DNA of 64,000 bases from Octopus vulgaris (Eukaryota), in contig OX597818.1 of NCBI GenBank assembly GCA_951406725.2, forward strand, positions 34,100,001 to 34,164,000. The letters are read 5' to 3'. Positions 40,703 to 55,797 of this stretch are shown here, one piece after another. Both the position numbers and the translations under genes were made by a program. Below the pieces are notes generated by a model that saw nothing but the letters and a program-made list of their open reading frames with translations, ran no database searches and was not told the origin of the DNA. Each line of letters opens with the position of its first letter. Within the stretch, counting starts at the first letter, position 1.

Positions 40703-41503
40703 TTGGGTTGTCGGGAAAGTTCGTGCCGATTTATAGTAGCTTACCTTTCGACTCATTTTAGAACATGGTCGAGTCCATAAAATAGGATTTGACTACACCT
40801 CAATTTAGACCACAGCTTAAGCTATCTTTGCGTGGAATAAGGTTTATGTTCCTATAATCTGTGTTAATTGTGTAACCCTTAAAAATTTAAGATAAGAAAG
40901 TTCATTTACGGCACTTGATGCTTTTCTTTTTCCGTAAAGGGAAAAATGCCTCACAAGCAACCAAAGAAATATGTTCAGTTTACGGTGACGTTTCTTTATC
41001 CGAAAGAACTGTGCGGAAGTGGTTTGCAAGGTTCCGAGCTGGAGATTGTAGCCTTATTGATAAAGAGCGATCAGGCAGACCATTCACTACAGATGATGAC
41101 CAAATCAAGTCATTAATTGAGAATTACCCACATTGCACAACGCGCGAATTGGCAAAAAGCCTCAATGTGGAGGCGCGTGGCTTAGTGGTTAGGGTGTCAG
41201 AATCATGATCGTAAGATTGTGGTTTCGATTCCCGGACCGGGCGACGCGTTATGTTCTTGAGCAAAACACTTCATTTCACGTTGCTCCAGTCCACTCAGCT
41301 GGCAAAAATGAGTAACGCTGCGACGGACTGGCGTCCCGTCCAGCTGGGGAACACATACGCCATTGAAACCGGGAACCGGACGAAAGCCTCAACCTATCAA
41401 AATTCGTTGTTCATGAGCACCTGGTAAAGCTTGGGTAATGGCAAGTATTTATTGACCTTTTTCTTTCCTTTAAAAATAGGCACGAACTTTCCGGACAACC
41501 CAA
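40703..41503 (+). mobile_element. Internally deleted mariner element of the same family, interrupted by a SINE
   Basis: Same TIRs with TA flanks. HTH region ORF 40915 (KGKNASQATKEIC...WFARFRAGD...RSGRP) continues after the SINE as LSKFVVHEHLVKLG. Confidence 0.92.
41166..41382 (+). mobile_element. tRNA-derived SINE family B (Meta-like domain)
   Basis: A box TGGCTTAGTGG, B box GGTTTCGATTCC, body TGTTCTTGAGCAAAACACTT...CCACTCAGCTG. TSD AAAGCCTCAA at 41156-41165 and 41383-41392. Confidence 0.88.
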
Positions 41504-42048
41504 TACATTGGTACTTATCAGTCTCATTGCTCTACGGAAAACTAGCTTTCTAGCATAGAGGTAAGAAAGAGTCGATAAAATCGATACCATTACTTATGTA
41601 CCGATTTGGCTGCTATTTCGAACGAGTCTAGGACATTTACTCCCCATGGAGAATAATCCCACCAAGGACAATTACCACTAAGGACAACAGATAATTATTT
41701 AAAACTTCTTAATATATTGGATGGAATTGTCCTATGGGTAGGGGGGATAATGAGGTCACTGTCCAGATACGATTTCAAACAGGTGAAAACAACTTGCTAA
41801 GACAATAAGGTATGGTTTGAATGACGTTTGCTTCATATTTCTAATAGGTCAACTGACTATGTAGAGTCTCCCTCATTGGCTCACGAAGACAGTAAGGTGT
41901 AGTTTGAATTGAGATTTGACTACTATTTCCACCAGGTCAAGACACTACATGCTAAGACAGTAAGATGAGGTCTGAGTGAAATTTGACTGCTTGCTCTAGC
42001 ATACTGTGTGGTCACATTATATCTATATATTATATCCATATTCACTCG

Positions 42049-42099
<51 letters not shown>

Positions 42100-42449
42100 T
42101 CACACACATACACACATAAGTCACACACACACATACACTCACACACATATACGCACTCACGCATACACACACACAGATGCATCACAACAGGGAAGACATA
42201 TGAAAGGAAACGCCCGCACAGCAAGTTTAAATTACATTTTAAGGATTGTGTTTGTATTTCACTGACAACTTTCAATATCTCAAAACGAGTCAGAAGTCTT
42301 CGGTTTGTCAAAAGCCAAACTGGAGAGAATCAAGAACTTTGAGCTCAGCTACATTTGAGGACGAAAATTAACGGCATGATACGATTAGAAAAGCAGCAAT
42401 AAAGAGAAACATTAAGGAGGAAAATTCACTTCGTTATAATTGTAATCTA

Positions 42450-42690
42450 TGTGGAGGCGCATGGCTTAGTGGTTAGGGTGTCAGCATCATGATCGTAAGA
42501 TTGTGGTTTCGATTCCTTGACCGTGCGATGCGTTGTGTTCTTGAGCAAAACACTTCATTTCAAGTTGCTCCAGTCCACTCAGCTGGCAAAAATGAGTAAC
42601 GCTGCGATGGACTGGCGTCCCGTCCAGGTGGGGAACATATACGCCATTGAAACCGGGAAACCGGGCCCATGAGCCTAGCTAAGCTTTAAA
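42450..42690 (+). mobile_element. SINE family B
   Basis: Near-identical to 41166-41382. Confidence 0.85.
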
Positions 42691-42699
42691 AGTAATCTA

Positions 42700-42856
42700 G
42701 GTCGTGGCTGTGTGGTAAGAAGCTTGCTTCCCAACCACGTGGTTCCGGGTTCAGTCCAACTGTGTAGCACCTTGGGCAAGTGTCTTCTGCGGTGGCCTCG
42801 GGCCGAACAAAGCCTTGTGAGTGGATTTGGTAACGCAAACTGAAAGAAGCCCGTCC

Positions 42857-42888
<32 letters not shown>

Positions 42889-42921
42889 TGTGTATGTGTG
42901 TGTGTGTGTGTGTAAGTGTGT

Positions 42922-42961
<40 letters not shown>

Positions 42962-43170
42962 CTGCATCACCGCTTGACAACCGGTGTTGGTGTGTTTATG
43001 TCCCCGTAACATACCGTTTCGGCGAAAGAGAACAATAGAATAAGTACTAGGGTTACAAAGAATAAGTCCTGGGGTCGATTTGTTCGACTAGAATAAAAAT
43101 ACCTTTCAAGGCGGTACTCCAGCATGGCCGCAGACAAATAACTGAAACAATTAAAATAAATAAACAGAAT
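42700..43170 (+). mobile_element. SINE family C, full length
   Basis: Complete head, (TG)n and tail. Confidence 0.85.
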
Positions 43171-43649
43171 AACAGAATAACAGAATACAGCATTTGTTTC
43201 TCGCGAGCTGATCATTAAATTCATACGTGGAGCCATGTATTGAGAGACTCAGCGCAGTGTTTCATTAATGATTTATGTACACATGACGAGACTCTCATAC
43301 GTGAGGAATGTGAAAAGGTATGCCAAGAATAAATGATCTCTCACTCACCATTCTGAAATTCATAGCGACAATGGAACGAGATACATCAAAGCAAAGTATA
43401 AATCGCGCGTGTCTTGTTTGAAATAAAAACTGCAGGACAATAGCAGAACTCACTAATATCAGCGGGACACAAGGACACAATAACAAATGAATATTTTTAA
43501 CTAATTGTCACTGATGATCGTGCGTGTACAACGAGTAGACGGTCGTCATATGTGTGTGTACGTGTGCATACATATATGTGTACGTGTATATATGTGTGTG
43601 TGCGTTTGTGTCTACGTGTATACACACATACAGACACGCACACACACAC

Positions 43650-43698
<49 letters not shown>

Positions 43699-43890
43699 CA
43701 TGCAAACATATATTTAATCATGCACGTATATATGTGTATGTATATGCGCACATTCATGCATATTCACATATGTGTGCATACATATATGTATGTGTGTGTG
43801 TGCGTATATATATATATATGTATATATATATGTATATGTATATGTATACATACATAGCTATGTATATGCTTATACATACATATATCCATG

Positions 43891-43960
<70 letters not shown>

Positions 43961-44166
43961 GATATATTTATATATACATGTATATTTATATACATACATA
44001 TTGCGTGTGTGTGTGCGTGTGTGCGTGTGTGTGTGTGTGCATGTGTGTGCCTCTAATTATCTCTCTGCTTGGTCATCCATACTTATAACACGTGCCACTA
44101 TATAAAACAAATATACTGTCGCTTCAAATATATCTGTGTTGCATGTTTATTTATTTTCATACGCAA

Positions 44167-44207
<41 letters not shown>

Positions 44208-44311
44208 CATACATATACAGACATGCATACAAACATGCGTACATATATACACATAAATACATATATATATATATATACATATGTATGTATGTATGAATAT
44301 ATGTATGTATG

Positions 44312-44343
<32 letters not shown>

Positions 44344-44448
44344 TGTATGTATGTATGTATGTATGTATGTATGTATGTATGTGTGCCTTGTTGTTTCTTA
44401 AAAGCATGTCGATGAATATAACACATACGGGCTGTTTCTGATCTGATA

Positions 44449-44545
<97 letters not shown>

Positions 44546-45129
44546 CACACACCTACACACTCACACACACCTACACACTCACACACAAATACGTACATAC
44601 CTACATATATGCATGCATACATGCATACGTACATGCGTTCGTATCAATGTATGTATGTACGTATGCATGTATGTATCATATATGTACGTATGTACGTGTG
44701 TGTGTGTGTGCGTGTGGTTGTGTAGATCCATCTGCAAATTTGCTTCTTTTGCTTGTGCGCATGTTTGTGTGTGTTTAAAATGAAAACATATCTCGCAGAC
44801 AATAATAAAAGTCTGTGCCGAGACAGCTGTTATATCCTAATTAGGGTCCACTAAACAAACGCACACGCACACCCTGGTCCTGGCAGAATTACCCGCCATG
44901 TATCACGTTTATTCAGATAGATTTCGTCCCCTGCTGTTTGGTTTGTAGACATGTTGTTTTGATCATCGGAGATGCCAATTAGAGATCAATAAATATAGTC
45001 TGAAATACGTGACTGAGGGGGTTGACAGATAGACATGCAGGCTGCCAGACATGCTGACAGAAAGACATGCGCATAGACAGGGAGTCAGAAAGAGAGATGG
45101 ATAGAGTCATTGGCAAGTAATCAAGAAAT

Positions 45130-46140
<1,011 letters not shown>

Positions 46141-46299
46141 GAACGTATGGAGTGATGGATCAATCGATGGACAAGCAGGTATCCAATCATCAAAGCAATG
46201 AGACAAAATGACAAATGAACTATATAATAGAAAAGCATAGATACTTTGTCTTTTGAACAATTTTTCCGATTTTGTTAAAATAAGTCAACCTATACGTAA

Positions 46300-47560
46300 C
46301 AAAGTCGATATAATGGCTTCTACAGTTTGCTCAAAATCTGAGTCTTTACGCCGCTATTAAAGTTCACTATTCTAGAACGAGGATTTGAATCCCGTATCTG
46401 TCAAGTGGTTGGTTACCAGGACGGAATTGCAGGCAGGTGCATTGTCCTGGTGCGTGTGCTACCTGCCCGAGTGGAGGTGCTCTGGACTTTTGTAACAAAA
46501 TCTCTACCTGATCTCCCTCAAAATCTCAATAAAGTGCTCTTTGTTGACCATCTGGCCAGAGAAAATCCCAATGGGTGCATATAATGCCCCCTTTATTGTC
46601 AAAAAAAAAAGGAGGAGGATCATGGGCTTCCAGGGGTACTTGTTTTGCCTCGTCTTTGGTCTGGAGTAGCCAGGATGCTTCCATTGAGTACTCTAGAGTC
46701 TGTGGATCTTAACAGATCATAGCAATAAATCCAGCTAACCAGAAACTCAACTACTCTTGTATTGAAGGTGATGAGCTCAAAACTATCTGTATCACCGACA
46801 CGTCTTTCTTTCTGTTCGTTGGTGAATACCTTGGCAACAAACTTTGCGCAAATTTCCGCATGTTTACGTCTTCATAAATAATTCTCATTTCTTTATTGCC
46901 TACAAGGGGCTAAACATAGAGGGGACAAGCAAGGACAGACAAACGGATTAAGTCGATTGTATCGACCCCAGTGCGTAACTGGTACTTATTTAATCGACCC
47001 CGAAAGGATGAAAGGTAAAGTCGATCTCAGTGGAATTTGAACTCAGAACTTAACAGCAGACGAAATACCTATTTCTTTCGGCGGAATTTGAACTCAGAAG
47101 GTAGCGGCAGACGAAATATCGCTAGGCATTTCGCCCGGCGTGCTAACGTTTCAGCCAGCTCGCCGTCTTAAATAATTCTTCATAAATAATTCTGTATACA
47201 GTGGTTACACCAACTCCAAACTGTATGTTATTGTCTTTATAAGCACATGAAGGTTTTCCATCCAAATAATTGTGAATTTTCCCAACAAGCTCTGATGTTC
47301 TGATGTTCCTCTCCCTCCCACACCTCCCTTCTTCTCTCACCCCCTCTCTACTATCCTTGAACCGCTTGTGGCAGCGAAAACCAGATACTCGGCTCACAGA
47401 AGTTATTCTATTAGCAATCTGGAGCATTTCATAAGTTACTATGTTTCAGTAGCGTTTTTTTTTCCCTAGCTTAACAGAAAACTTTAATGCATAGTGAGCT
47501 TCTAAATTGTCTTCACGTCTCTATAGCATTCTGCAAACTAGTCAGCTGTGACAAGCTGTG
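46300..47560 (-). pseudogene. Degraded mariner transposase split by a SINE insertion
   Basis: Minus-strand remnants YALKFSVKLGK.ATET, YEMLQIA...FRCHKRFKDSRE and HQDNAPA. Boundaries approximate. Confidence 0.7.
46886..47170 (-). mobile_element. SINE family A inserted in a mariner remnant
   Basis: Consensus match; flanking direct repeat CTTCATAAATAATTCT at 46870-46885 and 47178-47193. Confidence 0.88.
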
Positions 47561-47619
47561 TTTAGTAGGGAGTACGTCAAGTGCTGTTACAGCTGTCTCC
47601 TTCATTCTGGGGGGAAAAA

Positions 47620-47880
47620 ACGTCCCCTTTCGGTCATGAATGACCAAGGTATTGCGCCTGGAAAGTTACCCTCCGTGGCACAAGTCCGGGAAAGGTTGTT
47701 TATGGAAGATCAACAGTTGCCTATGCATACCAGCCTTCCCTCAGCACGCCACCGATATTATCCAAGGGAAAGGTAAAGGTCGATACAGCTTGGCACTAGT
47801 GATACCGCAACTCATTTTTACAGATAAGTGAACTGGAGCAACGAGAAATAAAGTGTCTTGCTTAAGAACACAACATGCAG
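47620..47880 (-). mobile_element. SINE family B body, head lost or displaced by the SINE A cluster
   Basis: AAATAAAGTGTCTTGCTTAAGAACACA and a tail like the 56862 copy. Confidence 0.7.
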
Positions 47881-47882
47881 CC

Positions 47883-48505
47883 TTAAGGCAGCTGGCAGAA
47901 TCGTTAGCACGCCGGGCGAAAAGCTTAGCGGTATTTCGTCTGCCGCTACGTTCTGAGTTCAAATTCCGCCGAGGTCGACTTTGCCTTTCATCCTTTCGGA
48001 GTCGATTAAATAAGTACCAGTTATGCACTGGGGGTCGATATAATCGACTTAGCCCGTTTGTCTGTCCTTGTTTGTCCTCTCTGTGTTTAGCCCCTTGTGG
48101 GTAGTAAAGAAATAGGTATTTCGTCTGCCGTTACATTCTGAGTTCAAATTCTGCCGAGGTCGACTTTGCCTTTCATCTCTTCGGGGTCGATAAATTAAGT
48201 AGCAGTTGCGCACTGGGGTCGATGTAATCGACTTAATCCCTTTGTCTGTACTTGTTTGTCCCCTCTATGTTTAGCCCCTTGTGGGCAATAAAGAAATAAG
48301 AATCGTTAGCACGCTGGGCGAAATGCTTATTGGCATTTCGTCTGCCGCTACGTTCTGGGTTCAAATCCCACCGAGGTCGAATTTGCCTTTCCTTTCATCC
48401 TTTCAGTGTCGATAAATTAAATACCAGTGAAACACTGGGGTCGATGTAATCGATTAGTCCCCTCCTTCTAAATTTCAGGCCTTGTGCCTTTAGTAGGAAA
48501 TATTA
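47883..48505 (+). mobile_element. Three nested or tandem SINE family A copies
   Basis: Repeated B box and Nin-like bodies; tails AAAGAAATA are followed directly by internal SINE sequence. Confidence 0.88.
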
Positions 48506-49182
48506 TTAATGACTAATTCTTATTTGGAACACATGTCTTTAGGCGAATCGACTTATTTTTAGCGATACATGAAACGGCGATGTGGGAATCAATGACAAGG
48601 TCAATTTCAGATTGATGAAACCACAAAACCTAGACAGACGGAATTAAATGCCGCAAGGCACTGGAGATTTTGATTAGTATTTCTAGCATGTCTGAAAACC
48701 ATGTAGAACCCTTCCTTGTTGGTTCATATCGGTTTTCATAGACTAGCGTTGCATAGTAAAACAGTAATTCGTGCTTTTTCCTTTTTTAACACATATGAAA
48801 GTTAAACAAAACAAAAAAAGGAAGTAATATTTTATAATGAAATTTTTTTTAAAATAAAGAATAAATATTGAGAAATAGAAGACTCTGTAAATAGACAACT
48901 TATAAAACAAAGAATTTAATACTTTATTATGTTGGTGGTAGGATATAGCTGGAGTTGAGGACACAGAGAGAAAAAAAGTCTGTGAAAATAAACAACACTA
49001 TGGAAATAAAAGCAAAAAATTATAAACGAAACAACGAGATAAATCTTCCAAGGACTCGATAAAGAAATATGACGGCATCATGCTATGAAAGTGAACCGCA
49101 TACGTAATTGGTTCCTATGCAGTATCAGGTTCATATGCTCGTGAATTTGGGCGTATATGTATATATATCTGCGTATGGGTAA

Positions 49183-49213
<31 letters not shown>

Positions 49214-49946
49214 TGTATGTATGTATGTATGTATGTATGTATGTACGTATGTATGTATGTATGTACGTATGTATGTACGTATGCGTATATTTGCTTGCGT
49301 ACGTACGTGCTTGTGTACTTTGTAGCTATTGGATATCGCAGAATACGCGAGAGCGGAGGGGTAAATATAATATAGTTCATACTATATTACTGCTTGTGTG
49401 TGGTTTTATAAGCTACAAGATATCCGGTTATGTATGGTTTTATGGCTTATCGATTACTGTTGGATATTTGATTTATCATCGGTCTTAAATAATTATAAGA
49501 TAGATATTACATCTTACAGTTATGATGTAGCCGTCTGGTTCAGAAGATAGCTTTGTTAACTAACGTTGTGCTGGGTTAAATCACACGGCACGGTTTGTAC
49601 TGTAGCACAGGGTTGGTGAAGGCAAGTTGAGTCAAATCTGAGAAAACGAAACTGCGCAGAAACACGCCATTCTTTCTTATTCTTCTTTTGCTGGTTTTGA
49701 TCATTGGACTGCTGCCATACTGGAGCACCATCTCAAATATTCTTTCATTCGTTGAATCATATTGACGCCGGTACTTATTTTTAGCCATGTGTTGTTTTAT
49801 TGGTTTCAGTTTTTTCGAGCCATTTACTTACAGAACATAAACCACACTGGTGTGTCTGCTGTGTCTTTAGTCAGTGATAAAGCAAACAGAATAAGGGAAA
49901 TGCGCCATACATATATGGACACATACATACACACACAAGCATACAC

Positions 49947-50000
<54 letters not shown>

Positions 50001-50082
50001 TATAACTTAGATATGTTTCGACCATATATATATATATGTACATATATATATATGTACATATATATATATGTATATATATATG

Positions 50083-50122
<40 letters not shown>

Positions 50123-50195
50123 AACTTAGATATGTTTCGACCATATATATATATATGTACATATATATATATGTACATATATATATATGTATATA

Positions 50196-50248
<53 letters not shown>

Positions 50249-50539
50249 GATTATGTATATATACATAGATAGATATATATATACATAAATACATATATAC
50301 ATATATACATATATATATATATACATACATACATATATATATACACACACACACACATATAATGTTGAACACGATTGATATTTCCACATACGTATATCAT
50401 GCAATTATATAAATTGAGTTGCCATTGTGTACAAGTAATATATTATCAGATAACATGCAACTTCAAATATTTAATTATTTTAGTTATTATTAATGGCATT
50501 TCAGTAGATATGTGGCAGTTTTCCTGTGACTTTATTTCC

Positions 50540-50616
<77 letters not shown>

Positions 50617-50949
50617 TGTATGTATGTATGTATATTGTTTTTTACTTGTTTCAGACGCTGGACTACAGCTATGTTGTGGCACAGCTTTGAAGGGTAAGTG
50701 AAACAAATTGTTGTGTGGAAGTAGCACACCCCTATTTGGTTGGCTCCTAATGGATCATGCCACAATATAAATGGACATGCGCAGAGAGTGTGGAGAGAGT
50801 CGCCTCGCAATTTTTAGGTTGTTGGTGTTGTAGGTCTCCCTGCACGGGTGAATCAAGATTCGTTAAATTGCTAAATTGTTGAATTCTGACGCTGTTTTGC
50901 CTGTTTTTGGAGATTGTTTCTCTACCAGTTATGGGTGAAAGGAGGTGAA

Positions 50950-52282
50950 ATGGAGCGTGTCGCGAGTTATGCATCCGCAACTACACAAGGCATTACGACC
51001 AACACCCTTGAAGTTCGCGAAATAAAAATAGACACAAAGGAATGGAAAAAAGGAAACAAATTGTTACAAAAGGAAGGGGCCATTTTAAAGCTGACCCCAC
51101 CAGAAAAAGTGACGAAGAATGTAGCAAGGAAAACGGTCGTGTACAGGACGGTATCAACCGCTACCAAAGAATAGAGATTGCCCCAATAGAGGCAATTGAG
51201 GAATGTCTACGTGACGTGAAAGGACTAATCACCTTCTATACACGTGGAAGAAAATACGGCACAGTGGAGGTTAGGTTCTCCAGCGAGGAGGATGCTATTA
51301 ACCACTCCACTGAGCCGATAAGACCACAAGAGTGGGTGCTGCTGCCGACGTACTATGGCAAACGTGTTGCCAGAGTGAGAGTCGGCAGAGTTCCTCCCGA
51401 GATCGAAGAGGCATGGGTGGTAGCAGCAGTCATGTACGGAATGGAGGAAGATGCAAGGATTCTGAAGATAACCAGGATGAAGAAAGTTAATTGCTGGGGC
51501 TATGGCCTAGAGAAGGTGATTCAAGTTGGGTTAAAAGACCTACACGGAATTGTAGAAGAGATTCTTCTGCCAGAAGACATTACGTTAAGAGTGGTAGTGG
51601 AGGGAAGACTGCCAACGTGTTTTCTATGTAAACAACGATGGCACATGAAAGCAAGGTGCCCGCAGCAAGAAAGTAAAGTAGAGGAACAACAATACGAAGG
51701 ATAACCCACCGAAGAGGAGGGGCCGGGAAAAAGGAAAATAAGGAGGAGTCATTTACTGTCGTAAATAGGTGAAAGAGGAAAGAGCAGGTGAGCTCTCCGC
51801 CAAAGAGCCAAAGGAGAATGAAGGAAACAGAGGAGAACATAGAGGAGGTGCCGAGGAACTGGTCAGATATACCAGCAGAGGTATCGCAACATAGGGTGGA
51901 AGACATAATCGTGGATGATTATTCTGTGGTACAGACGGAGGAACCAAGGGAAACGACTAGCCCGGACGGTCCAGGTCCGGAGTTTAAACAAGTAAATGGG
52001 AATGAGAAAAAGTAGCATGTAGTCACATATGTGAAAAGCACCGCCTTAGAGCGGAAAATAATGAAGTTTAAAGGTGCCATAAAGATTAAACTGTCAACAA
52101 AAAGTTACCCGAAACATACCAAAGGTGTGGTGATTGACAAGAAAAGGTTTAGAAGATTGAAAGAATTATTTGGAGATGAGGTGAACCCTTTGGAAGAAGA
52201 GATTGAATTTGAGGAACTACCAAAAGTAGTTAAATATGAAGAATTAATACCCTTAGTGAATGGTAACAGAGGAGTCATTTAA
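50950..52282 (+). pseudogene. Disrupted LINE ORF1/gag-like protein (RRM-like region plus CCHC zinc knuckle), no ORF2 following
   Basis: ORFs at 50914, 51042, 51788 and 52031 join into one reading frame of about 440 codons with two frameshifts and several stops. Motif VVVEGRLPTCFLCKQRWHMKARCP is Cx2Cx4Hx4C. Confidence 0.7.
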
Positions 52283-52519
52283 AAGTAAAAAAAGGGAAAT
52301 AGATTTTGAAAAAAATGGGAAAAAAAGATGCAAAAGGAGAAAAAAAGAAATTTCAAAAATTTTATAAATTAACAGTTAAATGGTACTGCTTGAGAGTGGG
52401 GCTCAATGCAGCCATTTCATTATCATCGATTTCATTATACATTTTTTTTTTTCATTTTCCATTTGTTTTGTTTTTTGTCCCTACTGTGGTGTTGTGTCTG
52501 TCTTTGTGCTGTCTCCTCT

Positions 52520-53460
52520 GTGTGAATGGCCGCAGTGCCAAAATAAAGAAAGAGAGAGTCGGTGAGCTGTGTAATGCTGAGAGTTGCGTATTGTCGAGTG
52601 TAATTACAAGTATTGTGTACCTTGAGTAAAAGGATTTGGGAAGACGTTATTTATTATCCCGTTATATCGTACGTCGAACGTGTGATACAGCAATGGCGAC
52701 GAGGATTCGGACAATATCGCCACTGATACAACATTGGCATCGAGGTTTCGAACAGTGTCGAGGATTCGAACAATATTGAAACTGAAAATAGTACCAAAAT
52801 GGAAGAGTAACTGAAAGCAGTCGTAAAGCAACAAGAGCAGGAACAACTATAGAAGTTAACAGATTTGCTACTGTAGTCGAGAAATACGACAGAATCATTT
52901 TCAGCGGACGGTGTTGCAAATTCCATCGAAGAATTTCAACACAAACCGGATGAAGGAACTACCTTTACAGCGTATTATAGACGATTCGAGTACATATTCA
53001 GAGAGGAATGCAAGGGAGGTCTAGTGAAAGGAAGGTGAGGCTCCTTTTGCGAAAACTTGCCCCTCCAGAACACGAAAGTTTTTCTAACTTTATTTTGCCG
53101 AGAAAGCCTGCGGAACTGGGTTTTGATGAAACGGTAAATATTTTGACTAATATTTTTAGCGAAAAATTTCGCTGTTCAACATTCGGTGGGAATGTTTAAA
53201 TTTAAAGAAGAATGAGTCCAACGAATTTGTAGCATATGCCGGTATTGTTAATAAGGCTTGTGAAACATTTAAGCTTAGAGAATTAACACCAGACATGTTC
53301 AAGTGTCTAATATTCGTTTAACGGCTTATGGTAATGGGAGTCGCAGAAATTAGAAAAAGAATATTATCAAAGCTGAATCAAGATGTTGATCTAACCTTGC
53401 AGAAAGTGGCTGAGGAATGCCAACAAATTATAAACATTCGAGAAGATACAAGAAAATACA
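52520..53460 (+). mobile_element. Ty3/Gypsy LTR retrotransposon 5' remnant: LTR part, primer-binding site and disrupted gag
   Basis: ...CA-A-TGGCGACGAGGAT at 52694-52706. Gag from 52799 includes EGTTFTAYYRRFE, KVRLLLRKL, FILPRKP, FDETV, YAGIVNKACETF and DMFKCLIFV, with stops and frameshifts. Left boundary approximate. Confidence 0.8.
52694..52706 (+). promoter_or_regulatory. Primer-binding site complementary to the 3' end of tRNA-Ser(GCU)
   Basis: TGGCGACGAGGAT is the reverse complement of ...AUCCUCGUCG-CCA (tRNA end recalled from knowledge, not searched). It sits between an LTR-like CA end and gag. Confidence 0.65.
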
Positions 53461-53462
53461 GA

Positions 53463-53491
53463 AGATGATGATGATGATGATGATGATGATG

Positions 53492-53564
<73 letters not shown>

Positions 53565-53607
53565 TGATAATAATGATAATAGTAATGATGATGATGTTGA
53601 TGATGAT

Positions 53608-53652
<45 letters not shown>

Positions 53653-53706
53653 ACAAACAGACTGACAGACAGACAGACAGACAGATAGACAGACAGACAG
53701 ACAGAC

Positions 53707-53789
<83 letters not shown>

Positions 53790-53870
53790 TAGACAGACAG
53801 ATAGACAGACAGACAGACAGACAGACAGGCAGGCAGGCAGGCAGACAGACAGGCAGGCAGACAGACAGAT
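53463..53870. repeat. (GAT)n/(AAT)n/(GATA)n/(GACA)n compound microsatellite
   Basis: Direct reading; it truncates the Gypsy gag remnant. Confidence 0.95.
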
Positions 53871-54535
53871 AGCCTTGAATGGCAAAACAAAATAAACATG
53901 GAGTTGTTGGTGTTGACTAACTTGCTCTATACTTGGTAACTTCGTTATATTAGACAGATCCCGCACATCTCTTATAACAGTATACCGTATGAGTCAGTTG
54001 ATTTCTTTCAGCAAACAAGAGAAGACTTGGTTATGCGGTAAACAAATCGTTGGTGACTTAGTTCTGTGGTAAACAAACGGACGATGTCTCGGTTGTATGG
54101 TGTAAACAAATCGAAGAGTGTGCATCGGTGCGACAGAGTAGCGATGGCGCTCATGATGGTTGTATAATACATATCTAGTTTCACTCAGCGGGTACTCCCT
54201 GTTGGTGTCAACACGATCGGATTCTGACGAGTACACACACTCATCACGCAGTTACAAACACAAATGTACACATATACAGACACACACACATGCATACACA
54301 TACACACTCACACATACACACAGACATGCACACACACACACACCACACGTACACACACATGCACAAACATTCCTGCACACATACACATGCACACACACAT
54401 ACACATGAACACATACACACATACACACACACACATGCACACACATACACACACATTCACACACATATACACACTCACACACACACCTGCTCACACATTC
54501 AGACATGCAGACCGATCAGTATAGTCTGTGTGTGC

Positions 54536-54573
<38 letters not shown>

Positions 54574-54795
54574 GCATAAGTACATACGTACCACTTATTT
54601 TTTACTCGTTTCAATCATTGGATTGCGGCCATGCTGGAGTACTGCCTTGAAGAGCTCTAGTCGAACAAATTGCCACCAGTCTTTTTTTTTTTTAAGCACG
54701 CTACTTATTCTATCGGTCGCTTATTCCGACCTGCTAAGTTACGTGGTACATAAACAAACTAACTCCGGTTATCAAGCGATGATATATGTATATGT

Positions 54796-54856
<61 letters not shown>

Positions 54857-55320
54857 CACGATCCCTGTTAATCGGCCCAGCTTCTTTTTTTTCACGATCC
54901 CTTTTGATCGGAATTCGACCGACATTCTTTTTTCTTCTCTTCTTCCTCCCCAAAAGAAAAGCTCTACTTTGTATTTTGTCCCTTCTGTGTTCAGCCCTGC
55001 GTGGCCAATAAAGAAACCTATCACCAACTCCACTTTGAGTGAACGACTGCAAAGAATATTGCTAATAAGTAGGCAGTTATAGCACTTGTAGCAGGGTTGG
55101 CAATAGGAAGTGCGGGGTTCAATTAGAGATTTGTTAGTGGGGCCCTCTACTCTACAAGAGCTGGAGATTGATATTTTATGCTTCATGTTGTACACCAATC
55201 CCAGTCAAAAAGCGTTGAGAGCTTGAAGCTCCACCATTCACCATAATGGTATATATAAATTGCATCATAGTGTCCTCAGCACGAGGGTGTGTGAGGGACC
55301 CTCTCTTGACGCGGGACCCT

Positions 55321-55385
55321 ATTTTAATAAATCTATCTAATATTTTAATAAATCTATCTAATATTTTAATAAATCTATTTAATTG
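55321..55385. repeat. About 3 x 21-bp tandem repeat
   Basis: ATTTTAATAAATCTATCTAAT repeated. Confidence 0.9.
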
Positions 55386-55412
55386 GTTTAAAACCGTCAA
55401 TGCTTATGGGAT

Positions 55413-55797
55413 GGAAGCACTCCGTCGGTTACGACGACGAGGGTTCCGGTTGATCCGAATCAACGGAACAGCCTGCTCGTGAAATTAACGTATAAGTGGC
55501 TGAGCACTCCACAGACACGTGTACCCTTAACGTAGTTCTCGGGGATATTCAGCGTGACACAGAGAGTGACAAGGCCGGCCCTTTGAAATACAGGTACAAC
55601 AGAAACAGGAAGTAAGAGTGAGAGAAAGTTGTGGTGAAAGAGTACAGCAGGGATCACCACCATCCCCTGCCGGAGCTTCGTGGAGCTTTAGGTCTTTTCG
55701 CTCAATAAACACTCACAACGCCCGGTCTGGGAATCGAAACCGCGATCCTATGACCGCGAGTCCGCTGCCCTAACCACTGGGCCATTGCGCCTCCACC
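55413..55797 (-). mobile_element. SINE family B variant, full length
   Basis: Minus-strand head GGAGGCGCAATGGCCCAGTGGTTAGGGC...GGTTTCGATTCCC. Confidence 0.85.

Noticed and set aside
41166-41250. tRNA-like heads here and in other SINE copies as tRNA genes
   Set aside because: A and B boxes are present, but I see no complete cloverleaf, and they continue into SINE bodies, some with TSDs.
41590-42000. Degenerate repeats of TTTGACTRCTATTTC-like blocks
   Set aside because: Spacing is irregular and similar fragments occur elsewhere (about 48665), so it is probably a decayed dispersed repeat.
43505-43550. CTGATGA-TCGT...ACGA hammerhead-like start
   Set aside because: The hairpin is followed by GTAG rather than GAAA, and there is no stem I.
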